A DNA stretch of 64,000 nucleotides from an uncultured Gemmatimonadales bacterium (GCA_947259405.1 CAMYLY010000013.1:33382-97381); one strand, 5' to 3'. Counted from the stretch's first letter, positions 1 through 10,040 are shown. Translations and numbers: made by a program. The notes: generated by a model not told the origin, from the letters alone.

Positions 1-411
1 CGCGCGGTTCCCCGTGTCCATGTCCACGAAGTGGTAGAAGAAGCCCGACGCGTTCCGGGACTGCGTGAGCTCCACCATGGTACGCACGGTCGTCTTCGCG
101 TGGTCGGTGGCGTCGTCGTTGATGCCGAGGCGACTACCGATACACAGGGAGATGAGCCCTATTCCGGTCGTCGCAACCGAGGCTGGCGCGTCGCTGGTGC
201 CGGCGAAGTCCAGTCTGTCGCGATACAACCCAGTCGCTCCGCGGGAGGCTTCGTAGAAGCTCACGGCGCTGGCGAGGAGACTCTCGGGTGAGACGCCCGT
301 CTGAACCGGTTCCTGGGAGCTGCCGCAGGCACTGGCGCCGCCAAACGCGACAACGGCCGAAATCAGCCTGATGCGAAGTGCGGTTGATGGTATGGGTCCC
401 GCAGTCTTCAG
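1..411 (-). CDS. partial CDS (N-terminal part, continues past window start): putative lipoprotein, possibly a glucoamylase-like (alpha/alpha)6 glycoside hydrolase
   Basis: My own minus-strand translation is stop-free from ~411 to 1: ..RIRLISAVVAFGGASACGSSQEP..ASVATTGIGLISLCIG..GFFYHFVDMDTGNR. It has a lipobox-like GGASAC. It is absent from the ORF track because there is no ATG; a CTG at 409-411 overlaps the GH16 stop. The function guess rests on motif resemblance only. Confidence 0.5.
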   Translation of the reverse strand, partial: MKTAGPIPSTALRIRLISAVVAFGGASACGSSQEPVQTGVSPESLLASAVSFYEASRGATGLYRDRLDFAGTSDAPASVATTGIGLISLCIGSRLGINDDATDHAKTTVRTMVELTQSRNASGFFYHFVDMDTGNRA

Positions 412-1136
412 GATGTGCCGCTCTCCGATCGCTGATACACCCGTACGTAGTCCACGTAGAGCCGCTGCGGCTCCCACGTGATGCGCCCAGGTTCCCACTC
501 GATCGCAAACACGTGCCACTCATCGTGGAAGCTGCCCGAGGCGAGTTCGTAGTGTCCCGACGTGATGCGGTTGGAGCCCGCGTCGGGACCACGATGGAGC
601 GCACCGGACGTCCACTGTGGAAGCCGCCCCTTGCCCTCCATGATGTCGATCTCACCACACCGCGGCCAGGCCACGTCGTCGATATTGCCGCCCAGCAGCC
701 AGAAGGCAGGCCACATGCCAACTTCTCCGGGCTGCCGAATCCGCGCTTCAATACGACCGTAGCGGAACTCGCGCTTACCCTTGGTGATCAGGCGTGCCGA
801 CGTGTGCTGCCGATGCGCGAAATCCTCGCGGCGCGCTTCGATGATCAGCGCGCCGTTCTCCAGCCAGGCGTTGGCGCCGGAGTCGGTGTCGATCCGGTCC
901 GTGTAGTACTGCAACTCGTTGTTGAACGGATCCGGCATGACTTCCGGTGTCCATGTCGACTGATCGATTATGGTTCCGTTGAACTCGTCGGCCCAGGCGA
1001 GCTCCCAACTCGGTTCAGAGGGGTCCCCGTTCCCGGGTTGCTGTTGCGTGATCTCGGCTGCGCCGCATCCCGCCAGCAGCCCAGTGATTGCGGCAAGCGC
1101 GATCGACCTCAGCAGGGGCAACGTCACGTGTGGCAA
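408..1136 (-). CDS. glycoside hydrolase family 16 (laminarinase/beta-glucanase-like) lipoprotein
   Basis: 242-aa ORF. Catalytic GH16 motif E-I-D-I-M-E (GEIDIMEG), plus WADEFNG and ELQYYT. Lipoprotein signal LLAGCGAAE. Confidence 0.9.
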   Translation of the reverse strand: MPHVTLPLLRSIALAAITGLLAGCGAAEITQQQPGNGDPSEPSWELAWADEFNGTIIDQSTWTPEVMPDPFNNELQYYTDRIDTDSGANAWLENGALIIEARREDFAHRQHTSARLITKGKREFRYGRIEARIRQPGEVGMWPAFWLLGGNIDDVAWPRCGEIDIMEGKGRLPQWTSGALHRGPDAGSNRITSGHYELASGSFHDEWHVFAIEWEPGRITWEPQRLYVDYVRVYQRSESGTS

Positions 1137-1190
1137 ATCCGTTCTCCTATGGTCCGGTGCAAGGGCCTGGTGCTTCCACGCTCCCCAAGA

Positions 1191-3560
1191 TTAGCGTCTC
1201 CGTTCGTCGATCGGTACCTGAGGCACAAGGAGGTTGATCACCTCCTCGACGACCAACTCGTGCGGGACCTCAAAGGTGGCCCGTCCGGTGATTGCGAGCG
1301 CCGAGGTGCCGACGTTCACGGTATAGGTTCCCGCCTCAGTGATCCAGCGGGCCCCGTCGGTGTGGAATGACGCAAGGTCCGCACCGGTCAATGTAAAGGT
1401 GATCGTTTCTACCTGCCCAGTGTCCAGCTGTCCCGTTTTTGCGAACGCCCGGAGTTCGCTCTCCGGCTTGTCCAACGTCACGCCTGGAGCACCTACGTAC
1501 AATTGGACGACCTCGCGCCCCGGCACCGAGCCGACGTTGGTCACGTCGACGGTCACGTGGAGTTCGTCTTCGAGAGTCGACGCACTCAGCCGTGGCGCAC
1601 CGTGCTTAAACGTCGTGTACGACAGGCCATGGCCAAACGCGTATGCAGGCTCAACGTCGAAAGTATTGTAATGGCGGTAGCCAACGTAGATCCCTTCCTC
1701 GTACGTGACTTGCGTCGGCACCCCGAGCAACGAAGGCGGCTCGTCCTCGTGCCCGGGAAGGACTTCACCTGGGAAGTTATCGGCGGACGGCACGTCGGCG
1801 TAGGCCATCGGGAAGGTCATGGGGAGTTTGCCCGAGGGGTTGACCCTACCGCTCACGACGTCCGCGATGGCGTGGCCCGCCTCCTGCCCCGGCTGCCACG
1901 CGACGAGGATCGCGTCGGCCTGGTCTCTCCAGCTCGCGACTTCGATCACACCCGCGACGTTCATCACCACGACGACGTCCTTGCCAGCCCCACGGAACGC
2001 CGTGGAGACATTGTGGATCAGCGCCTGTTCTATGTCCGAGAGCAAGAAGTCGCTGTCCAACTCCCAATCCCGAAACTCACCTGAGTTGCGCCCGATCGTG
2101 ACGACGGCCACATCCGCCACTCGAGAGAGCTGGGTGACGCGATCGGCCGACACTTCCATTTCGGCAATCGGCGGCGGTGGGAAGAAGGGTAGCGGCTGCG
2201 GTGGGCGCTGTGCCTTCGCGTTCGCGATGTAGCTCCGGTATTCGCTCTGGAGCGAGGCCGTCACGGTGTACCCGGCCGCTGCCAGCCCTTCGTCGAGAGC
2301 GACGGCGTACGCTTCGTTGACATCGCCGCTGCCTGTACCTCCTATGATGGGATCGTACGCCGCGTTCCCGAACAGGGCGACCGTGCCCGACGGTGAAAGG
2401 GGCAACGCGGCGTCGTTCTGTAACAGCACCATGCTTTCCGACGCGGCACGTCGCGCGAGCTGTGCATGTGCGACGAGGTCGGGCTGGTCCGAATACGCGT
2501 ACTGCTTGAACGACGGCGACTGCAACACGACACGGAGCACGCGCGTGACATTGGCGTCCAGTTGCGCCTCGCTCAACGCGCCGTTTGCCGCGGCACTAAC
2601 GATATCATCCGTCTGCTGCACGTATCCCGGCATGAGCACGTCATTGCCGGCCCTCATCATCGCCACGGCGTCGGTACCCCCAAACCAATCGGTCATCACG
2701 AATCCCGCATAGCCCCATTCGTCTCGGAGCACACCGGTCAAGAGGTCACGGCTTTCCGGGGCGTACGTGCCGTTGATCAGGTTGTAGGACGTCATGACCG
2801 CCCACGGTTGCGCCGAGCGGACCGCAATCTCGAACCCTTTGAGGTAGATCTCTCGCAGCGCCCGTTCGCTGACCATGGTATTCGACTGCATGCGGTTGAA
2901 CTCTTGGTTATTCGCCGCGAAGTGTTTCGCCGCCGTGCCGACGCCCTCCGACTGGACACCGTCCACGAAGGCCGCCGCGAGACGTCCTGAGAACAGGGGG
3001 TCTTCCGAGTAGTACTCGAAGTTCCTCCCGCCGAGCGGGTTGCGGTGGATGTTCATCCCGGGAGCCAAGAGAATGTCCACGCCGTACTCACGGACCTCGC
3101 GACCGAAGGCTTTGCCGACCGCTCGCACCAGCGCGGTGTCCCACGAAGATGCCATGAGCGTCGCCACCGGGAACGCGGTCGCCGCATACATGCGGCTGGA
3201 ATCGCCTTCGCGCACGGGGTCGATCCTGAGGCCGGCCGGGCCGTCGGCCAACGTCAGCGATGGAATGCCGAGCCGCGGTATGGCGTGTGTCCTCCCGGCA
3301 GCCCCCGGGACCTTTTCCGGCACCTTCGCGTCTTCAGGATCCATCGGGGGAATGAACGGGAGATTCAAGTGCATCCCCATCCCTACCAACAGCGCAACCT
3401 TCTCATCCACCGTCATTGCTCCGACGACGTCGGCGATGGAACTCTCTCCGAGCTGGGGCGGCTGTTGTGCAAACATGGGAGAACTCGTGATGACCAGGAG
3501 CGCTGGAAGCGTACACACTCGAATCGAGAGCAGAACTGACAATGCGTGACTTGAGACCAT
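1191..3560 (-). CDS. glycoside hydrolase family 3 beta-glucosidase (BglX-like), secreted
   Basis: 789-aa ORF. Motifs GMNIHRNPLGGRNFEYYSEDP, KHFAANNQE and GFVMTDW (nucleophile Asp region). N-terminal signal peptide. Confidence 0.92.
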   Translation of the reverse strand: MVSSHALSVLLSIRVCTLPALLVITSSPMFAQQPPQLGESSIADVVGAMTVDEKVALLVGMGMHLNLPFIPPMDPEDAKVPEKVPGAAGRTHAIPRLGIPSLTLADGPAGLRIDPVREGDSSRMYAATAFPVATLMASSWDTALVRAVGKAFGREVREYGVDILLAPGMNIHRNPLGGRNFEYYSEDPLFSGRLAAAFVDGVQSEGVGTAAKHFAANNQEFNRMQSNTMVSERALREIYLKGFEIAVRSAQPWAVMTSYNLINGTYAPESRDLLTGVLRDEWGYAGFVMTDWFGGTDAVAMMRAGNDVLMPGYVQQTDDIVSAAANGALSEAQLDANVTRVLRVVLQSPSFKQYAYSDQPDLVAHAQLARRAASESMVLLQNDAALPLSPSGTVALFGNAAYDPIIGGTGSGDVNEAYAVALDEGLAAAGYTVTASLQSEYRSYIANAKAQRPPQPLPFFPPPPIAEMEVSADRVTQLSRVADVAVVTIGRNSGEFRDWELDSDFLLSDIEQALIHNVSTAFRGAGKDVVVVMNVAGVIEVASWRDQADAILVAWQPGQEAGHAIADVVSGRVNPSGKLPMTFPMAYADVPSADNFPGEVLPGHEDEPPSLLGVPTQVTYEEGIYVGYRHYNTFDVEPAYAFGHGLSYTTFKHGAPRLSASTLEDELHVTVDVTNVGSVPGREVVQLYVGAPGVTLDKPESELRAFAKTGQLDTGQVETITFTLTGADLASFHTDGARWITEAGTYTVNVGTSALAITGRATFEVPHELVVEEVINLLVPQVPIDERRR

Positions 3561-3588
3561 TGTGGAGGGATCCTCGTTGGTTTAGGCG

Positions 3589-5490
3589 TCAGGCTTGGGA
3601 AGCGTGATCATGAGAGTTGGGCCGCTTCACGACATACGCCTCCATGGCGTAATACTCGGGGAGGCCAAGTCTGTCGGCATGTGTCGCGGTATCCTGGTTC
3701 CGGGCTTCAACGCGTTGCCAGAACTCGCGGTCGTCGACGGGTCCGGGGAAGGGAGCCGCGTCCTTCTGCGATTCGTGCTTGAAGATGGCGCTGATCTTCG
3801 TCCGCAACTCCTCATGTGAGAGCGGGACGAGCACATCGGCCTCAGGAAGGGGCCACTCCTGCCAGGCGCCCCGGTAGTACCACCGTTCAGCATCGATCAC
3901 CGGTTGGACGTCCATGGCACGCTCGATGGCTTCCTTGCACATGCGGTGTGTTCCGTGTGGGTCGGACAGGTCTCCCGCAATGAAGACGAGTTCCGGCTGG
4001 ATCTCCTCGAGCAGTGTGCGCACCTCGGTGACGTCCTCCTCGCCAATTGGCCGTTTCTGGACCTCGCCGGTGCGGTAGAACGGCAAGTCCAGAAATCGCG
4101 CCGCGCTCGCGGGCATGCCAATGGTCGCGATCCCCGATACGGCTTCGCACTCTCGGATCACCCGCTTGATGTTCTGGACCAGCGGGATATCGATGTCTCC
4201 GGGCCGCTTGGAGGCGAAGCTCGCCTCGAGTTCGTCCCGACGGCGGTCGATCACTTCGCGGCGTAGGCCGAGGGCCTCCCCTGCACGGTCCACGAAGTCG
4301 AAATAACGGCGAACGTCATAGTCGAAGACGGCGATGTTCCCGCTCGTCATGTAGGCGACGGTGATCTCGTTCTTGTTCTCCCACAGCTTCCGCAGCAGGC
4401 CACCCATCGAGATAACGTCGTCGTCCGGGTGGGGCGAAAAGACGACGACGCGGCGCTCGTGAGGCAGCCGCGCACGGCCCCGAATCTTATCCCGCAGCCG
4501 GTTGAACACCGCCCCATTGATGACTCCAGGCGACGTGTGCTGTGCCAGCAACGGACTGAGGTGGTTCTCCGTGTAGTCCTTCGCATTCAACTTGAGAATG
4601 GCTTTCCCCGTCGTCTCCGAGAGCCAGACCACGGCGCGATCGGTGGTGGGAACGGTCCACTCGACCGGTTCGAGGACCCACGGCGTGGCGATGCGGGTGA
4701 GGTGAGCGGCTGCGGCGAGATCGAGGTAGAAGCGCGCGTGCGTGTGCGTTTGCAGATAGGTCGCGGCGACGTCTGGCGTAATCTCTCCCTCCACCGCACG
4801 CCGCACGATGGCCGACTTGTGCTCTCCGGTGGCAATCAGCGCGATCTCGCGGGCCCCGAGGATTGTGGCAACCCCCATCGTGATAGCCTCGCGGGGGACG
4901 TTGTCTTCGCCGAAGAAATCCCCGGCGGCGTCCTTCCTGGTGACCGTGTCCAGCGTGACGAGCCGGGTCACGGAGTCTTTGGACGATCCCGGTTCGTTGA
5001 AGCCGATGTGACCTGTCTTCCCGAGTCCAAGGAGTTGGAGGTCGATGCCACCGGCATCACGGATCGCCGCCTCGAAACCCTCGCAGTACTCACGCAGGTT
5101 CTCGCGCGCGACGGTGCCCTTCGGGACATGGACCTGATCGGCGGGAATATTCACATGCGCGAACAGGTTTTCCTGCATGTACCGGTGATAGCTGTGCCTG
5201 CTCTCCGGATCCATGCCGTAGTACTCGTCGAGATTGAACGTGACGACGTTGGAGAAATCGACTTCACCCGCGTCGTACCGGCAGATTAGCTCTTGGTAGA
5301 TCCCAAGTGGGGTGCTTCCGGTCGCGAGCCCGAGCACGCACCGACCCGTCGCGGAGACGTGTTCATCGATCACCTGAACGATGCGGTCCGCCAGCAGATG
5401 CGCGACGTCGGCATGGTCCGGGACGATGACGGTGGGAACGCGTTCACGTTCAGTCGATCCGCCGATGACGAGCGGGGTGATGTCGCGCAT
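3589..5490 (-). CDS. nagB: glucosamine-6-phosphate deaminase (NagB) fused to a C-terminal PIG-L/LmbE-type deacetylase domain
   Basis: 633-aa ORF. NagB motifs GLATGSTPLGIY, FNLDEYYG and LLGLGKTGHIGFNEPGS. LmbE motif VVVFSPHPDDDVISMGG in the C-terminal half. Confidence 0.85.
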   Translation of the reverse strand: MRDITPLVIGGSTERERVPTVIVPDHADVAHLLADRIVQVIDEHVSATGRCVLGLATGSTPLGIYQELICRYDAGEVDFSNVVTFNLDEYYGMDPESRHSYHRYMQENLFAHVNIPADQVHVPKGTVARENLREYCEGFEAAIRDAGGIDLQLLGLGKTGHIGFNEPGSSKDSVTRLVTLDTVTRKDAAGDFFGEDNVPREAITMGVATILGAREIALIATGEHKSAIVRRAVEGEITPDVAATYLQTHTHARFYLDLAAAAHLTRIATPWVLEPVEWTVPTTDRAVVWLSETTGKAILKLNAKDYTENHLSPLLAQHTSPGVINGAVFNRLRDKIRGRARLPHERRVVVFSPHPDDDVISMGGLLRKLWENKNEITVAYMTSGNIAVFDYDVRRYFDFVDRAGEALGLRREVIDRRRDELEASFASKRPGDIDIPLVQNIKRVIRECEAVSGIATIGMPASAARFLDLPFYRTGEVQKRPIGEEDVTEVRTLLEEIQPELVFIAGDLSDPHGTHRMCKEAIERAMDVQPVIDAERWYYRGAWQEWPLPEADVLVPLSHEELRTKISAIFKHESQKDAAPFPGPVDDREFWQRVEARNQDTATHADRLGLPEYYAMEAYVVKRPNSHDHASQA

Positions 5491-5615
5491 GATGAAGCTT
5501 CCTAGTCAGCCAAGTCGGGGGGATAAGATGGATCAGATGGGACGGATGGGATAGAGGGGCCAGTGTGGACAGGGACCGGGGTGGCGCGAGCACGTGCCGG
5601 TCTCTCTATTTGGGC

Positions 5616-6587
5616 ATGGCTACCACCTTGGAATCGCACCAACTCTTTCGACTATCGGGTCTGGCGACCGGTTTGGTCGTCGCGATGAGCACCTCCCTTG
5701 CGGCCGCTCAGGACGCGGGCACCGGGCCCTCCCTCGCGGAACGCCTCGGGTACGATGCGGACGCCAAGCTCCTGATTATTCACGCCGACGACCTCGGCAT
5801 GACGCATTCCGTGAACCGCGGAACGCTTTATGCCATGCGCACGGGGCCGGTCAACTCAGGCAGCATCATGGTGCCGACGCCCTGGTTTCCGGAGATAGCG
5901 GCCGCGGCCCGCGAGAACCCGGATCTGGATCTGGGTCTCCATCTCACCCTGACTGCGGAATGGCAACACTACCGGTGGGGTCCGGTGCTGCCGGCCAGCC
6001 AGGTGCCCACGTTGCTGGATTCGACGGGGTTTTTATACGCGACGGCAGCGGACGCCGCCGGGAACATGGACCCTCGCGAAGCCGAGGCAGAGCTCCGGGC
6101 CCAGGTGGAACGGGCCGTCGCGTTCGGCATTCGCCCCACCCATTTCGACTCGCACATGGGTACCCTGTTCAATACGCCCGAACTCTTCGAAGCGTATCTG
6201 AAAGTGGGCCGGGATCACGGGATTCCAGTCATGCTCCCCGCCAATCAACTACAGGAGCAGGCACCGCACCTCATGGCGTTGGTGCAACCCGAGGACATTG
6301 TCATCGATCGACTCCATTCCATTTCGCCCGGGGTATCGGCCGACGAGTGGGAGGCCTTCTACGTGGGGCTCATCGAGAATCTCGAACCCGGTGTGACCCA
6401 GATCATCATTCACGTTGCGTACGACGACGCCGAGATGCAGGCAGCGGCTGGGCACGTTGATTGGGGTGCGGGATGGCGGCAGCTCGACTTCGACGTGTTC
6501 ACCGATCCGGCGTTTGAGCGCCTGCTCGAAGCGCACGAGGTGCATCTGATCACGTGGCGGGAAATCGGGGCGCTTGTGAAGAAGTGA
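5616..6587 (+). CDS. YdjC/ChbG family carbohydrate deacetylase, secreted
   Basis: Motifs LIIHADDLGMTHSVNRG and THFDSHMG. I prefer the internal ATG at 5616 (MATTLESH...), which gives a signal-peptide-like N-terminus. The track ORF starts at 5565. Confidence 0.8.
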   Translation: MATTLESHQLFRLSGLATGLVVAMSTSLAAAQDAGTGPSLAERLGYDADAKLLIIHADDLGMTHSVNRGTLYAMRTGPVNSGSIMVPTPWFPEIAAAARENPDLDLGLHLTLTAEWQHYRWGPVLPASQVPTLLDSTGFLYATAADAAGNMDPREAEAELRAQVERAVAFGIRPTHFDSHMGTLFNTPELFEAYLKVGRDHGIPVMLPANQLQEQAPHLMALVQPEDIVIDRLHSISPGVSADEWEAFYVGLIENLEPGVTQIIIHVAYDDAEMQAAAGHVDWGAGWRQLDFDVFTDPAFERLLEAHEVHLITWREIGALVKK

Positions 6588-6624
6588 TTGGAAGGTCGTT
6601 CGTGCCCACAGGAACCACTGGACA

Positions 6625-8040
6625 ATGACGGGAGAACCTATGGCTACCAGGAAATCATCACGCCGCGATTTCATCAAGTTGGCTGCGGCCTCTGCCGTGG
6701 CAGCTGGCTCAACACCCACCGCGGCGAGTGCAACCAAGGCGGAGGTGTTGCGCCCCCCACCCCGTAAGACGGTGGCGCCCTCGGACACCTTGGGCATCGC
6801 CACCATCGGCATGGGCATCATCGGGATGTACGACACCGACACCGCCCTTGAGGTACCGGGGACCGAGCTCGTTGCGGTCGCCGATTGCTACGACGGTCGG
6901 CTCCAGCGGACCAAGGAATACTATGGCGAGGACGTCGCCACCACGCGCGACTATCGCGAGATCCTCGCACGCTCCGACGTGGACGCCATCCTCCTCTGCA
7001 CGCCGGACCACTGGCACGCCCGTATCGCGATCGAAGCGATGGAGGCGGGTAAGGCGGTCTACTGCGAAAAACCGATGGTGCACAACCTCGACGAAGGCCC
7101 CGCGATGATCGATGCGCAGCGACGGACGGGACAGGTGCTGATTGTGGGCAGTCAGTTCAGCAGTTCCATCCTCTACGACAAGGCTCGCGATCTCTACCAG
7201 GCTGGCGCGATCGGCCAGGTGAACATGGTCGAGGCCTCCTACAACCGGAACTCGGCTCTCGGGGCCTGGCAGTACTCCATCCCGCCTGATGCGTCCACCG
7301 AGACGATCGACTGGGACACCTTCCAGGGTGATGCGCCCACGCGCCCGTTTGACCCGAAACGCTTCTTCTGGTGGCGTGGATACCGGGATTATGGCACGGG
7401 CGTGGCGGGTGACTTGTTCGTCCATCTCTTCACGGGTATCCATCACACGCTCGGTTCCCACGGACCGACGTCCGTCGTCGCGATGGGTGGGTTGCGGTTC
7501 TGGAAGGACGGACGCGACATGCCGGACGTGACGCTCGGCCTGTTCGGGTACCCGGAGACCGAAAACCACGCCGAGTTCACGTTGTCACTCCAGAGTAACT
7601 TCGCCGATGGCAGCGGTGGAGGGCGGCTTTTCCGCTTCATCGGTGACGAGGGGGTGATGACGGTGCAAGGCGGCAGCCTGACGTTATCGAGCACGCCGCG
7701 TCGGCGACCGCCCGACCAGGCCATCTTCGAGGGATACAACTCCGTCCGCACATTCTCGGAGGCGCAGAAGCAGGCATTCATGGATGCCTACCGCGAGAAG
7801 TACCCGATGCCCGATCCGGCAGCCACCTCGCAGGAGAGTGAGTTCGAGGTCCCGAACGGCTACGATGATCGCCTCGACCACTTCATCAACTTCTTCGACG
7901 CGATCCGCAATGGTACGCCGGTCCACCAAGACGCGGTCTACGGGTACCGCGCGGCAGCGCCCTCACTGCTCTGTAACGCGAGCCTGTTCGACGGGAAGAT
8001 TCACCAATGGGACCCGGAGGCGATGCGGGTCAGGTCGTAA
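6625..8040 (+). CDS. Gfo/Idh/MocA family oxidoreductase with twin-arginine (TAT) signal
   Basis: 471-aa ORF. TAT motif SRRDFIKLAAASAVAAGS. Rossmann segment LGIATIGMGIIG, then TPDHWHA and EKP. Confidence 0.87.
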   Translation: MTGEPMATRKSSRRDFIKLAAASAVAAGSTPTAASATKAEVLRPPPRKTVAPSDTLGIATIGMGIIGMYDTDTALEVPGTELVAVADCYDGRLQRTKEYYGEDVATTRDYREILARSDVDAILLCTPDHWHARIAIEAMEAGKAVYCEKPMVHNLDEGPAMIDAQRRTGQVLIVGSQFSSSILYDKARDLYQAGAIGQVNMVEASYNRNSALGAWQYSIPPDASTETIDWDTFQGDAPTRPFDPKRFFWWRGYRDYGTGVAGDLFVHLFTGIHHTLGSHGPTSVVAMGGLRFWKDGRDMPDVTLGLFGYPETENHAEFTLSLQSNFADGSGGGRLFRFIGDEGVMTVQGGSLTLSSTPRRRPPDQAIFEGYNSVRTFSEAQKQAFMDAYREKYPMPDPAATSQESEFEVPNGYDDRLDHFINFFDAIRNGTPVHQDAVYGYRAAAPSLLCNASLFDGKIHQWDPEAMRVRS

Positions 8041-8073
8041 ACCTGTGATGCGAAGCGCGATCTCGCGCCGGAG

Positions 8074-9099
8074 TTAGGCGTACTCCGGCGCGAGTTCGTC
8101 GCGAACGCGTTCCAGTAGGGCCTTCGTGGCGCGGATCCCGTCCGGCTCGCTCAGTACGGAGCCCTCGTATTCGATACCGACGTAACCGCGATACCCCGCG
8201 TCCAGCACGATTCTCATCATCCGTACGTAATCGGTCTCGACACAATTGCCGGCTTCGTCGAAGTCGTTGGCCTTGGCGCTGACGGCCTTGGCGTAGGGCA
8301 TTAACTCGGTCACACCATGATAGCGGTCGTACCATTCCTCCTCACTGACTCGGAAGTTCCCGAAGTCCGGCAAGGTACCCACGCGCGGAAGATCGACCCG
8401 GTCCATCAGGCCGGCCAGCCACTGTCCGTCACTAGAAAGTCCCCCATGATTCTCGACGATCACGTTGATGCCGTACCGGTCACCGAACTCCCCGAGACGC
8501 CGGAGACCGTCGGCGGCCAGGCGCTGCTGCTCGTCCGGACTCAGGCCGGCGTCGCTGCGCGCGTTGACGCGGATCGAATGGCACCCCAGGGAAGCCGCGG
8601 CCTCGACCCACTTGTGGTGGTTGTCGACGGCTTGCGTGCGCTGCGCCTCGTCCGGGTCGCCGAGGTTGCCTTCGGCGTCGCACATAATGAGGAGGATGGC
8701 GACGCCCTCGCCGTCTGCGCGGTTCTTCAGCTCGGTCAGATAGTCCCGGTCCCGAGCCCGATCGAAATAGAAGGTGTTAACCAGCTCGACGCCGTCGATG
8801 CCGTACTCTTGCCGGGCCAGGACGGGGAAATCGAGCGGGTCGATGTCGCCAGCGAGGAGGGAGCGGTAGTTCTCGCTGTGGAGGGTCCGCTGAAAGTCGC
8901 CCGTGAGGCTACTGCCGAAGTAGGCGTTGTGCAGCGACCATTGGGCCAGCGAAATCTCGAACAGCAGCTCGGTCGACGCCGATTGTGCCTCCTGCGCGCC
9001 TTCCCTGCCTTCCGACCGGCATGCTAGGGGAAAGAAGCTGACGCCGGCCGTTACCCCGGCGGCCTTGAGAAAGTCGCGACGGTGGAGTTCGTATGTCAT
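8074..9099 (-). CDS. sugar phosphate isomerase/epimerase (xylose isomerase-like TIM barrel) with TAT signal
   Basis: Start placed at the internal ATG (MTYELHRRDFLKAAGVTAGVS), which gives a TAT signal. TIM-barrel-like body (..IRVNARSD.., VIVENHGG). Confidence 0.8.
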   Translation of the reverse strand: MTYELHRRDFLKAAGVTAGVSFFPLACRSEGREGAQEAQSASTELLFEISLAQWSLHNAYFGSSLTGDFQRTLHSENYRSLLAGDIDPLDFPVLARQEYGIDGVELVNTFYFDRARDRDYLTELKNRADGEGVAILLIMCDAEGNLGDPDEAQRTQAVDNHHKWVEAAASLGCHSIRVNARSDAGLSPDEQQRLAADGLRRLGEFGDRYGINVIVENHGGLSSDGQWLAGLMDRVDLPRVGTLPDFGNFRVSEEEWYDRYHGVTELMPYAKAVSAKANDFDEAGNCVETDYVRMMRIVLDAGYRGYVGIEYEGSVLSEPDGIRATKALLERVRDELAPEYA

Positions 9100-9263
9100 G
9101 AGTGGATCCGTGGCAGGGTTGTGAACCGAGTGGACGCCGGCAAAGATAGCCTTTGGGCCACGACTCGGCACGCGCATCGACTCCGCTTGCTCCGTGAGGT
9201 GGTCGGCGGCAGCTTAAGGTCCACCGGTGGTAGGCAGCGCTTCTCGAACGCCAGAAGAGTCCT

Positions 9264-10040
9264 ATGGACAAGAAGCAACCCGATCCCATCCTGAGTGAGC
9301 TCCCGTGGCAGGTGGTACGCGACATGACGTACGAAGTCGCGGTGCTGCCCTGGGGCGCTACCGAGGCTCACAACTTCCATCTGCCGTACGGTACAGATTC
9401 AATACAGGTCGCACAGATCGGCGCGGCGGCGGCACGGGTTGCGACCAGTCGTGGCGCCTCTGTCGTCGTACTTCCGACCATCCCGTTCGGTGTGAACACG
9501 CAGCAACTCGACATCCCGCTCACCGTGAATATGAACCCTTCGACACAAGCGGCGATGCTGCGCGACGTTGTGGCCAGCATCGATGCGAGTGGAATTCGCA
9601 AGCTCGTGGTTCTCAACGGCCATGGCGGCAACGATTTTCGGCAGATGATCCGGGAGCTGCAGGTCGATACGTCTGTGTTCCTGTGCGAGGCGAATTGGTA
9701 CCAAGCCGTACCACCCGAAGACTACTTCCAAAAAGGGGGTGATCACGCAGGCGAAATGGAAACCAGTCTCATGTTGCATCTGGAACCGGACCTCGTGCTC
9801 CCACTCACCGAGGCCGGCGAGGGCAAGGCCAATAGGTTTCGCGTCACCGCCCTGCGCGAAGGTTGGGCTTGGGCCCCGCGTCAGTGGACGAAAGTGACGA
9901 CCGATACGGGCGTGGGGAATCCCGAGCATGCCACGGCGGAGAAGGGCGCGGCCTACTTTGCGGCGGTCACCAACAAGCTCGGCCAGTTCCTCCTGGATTT
10001 GTCACAGACTGCTATCGAGGATCTTTACGAGTCCACGTGA
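9264..10040 (+). CDS. creatininase family amidohydrolase
   Basis: 258-aa ORF. Motifs LPWGATEAHNFHLPYGTD, NGHGGN and AGEMETS. Confidence 0.85.
   Translation: MDKKQPDPILSELPWQVVRDMTYEVAVLPWGATEAHNFHLPYGTDSIQVAQIGAAAARVATSRGASVVVLPTIPFGVNTQQLDIPLTVNMNPSTQAAMLRDVVASIDASGIRKLVVLNGHGGNDFRQMIRELQVDTSVFLCEANWYQAVPPEDYFQKGGDHAGEMETSLMLHLEPDLVLPLTEAGEGKANRFRVTALREGWAWAPRQWTKVTTDTGVGNPEHATAEKGAAYFAAVTNKLGQFLLDLSQTAIEDLYEST

Noticed and set aside
134-1370. ORFs 134-751 (-) and 378-1370 (+) overlapping the GH16 gene
   Set aside because: The GH16 frame has the catalytic EIDIME motif and a lipobox. The competing frames are low-complexity.
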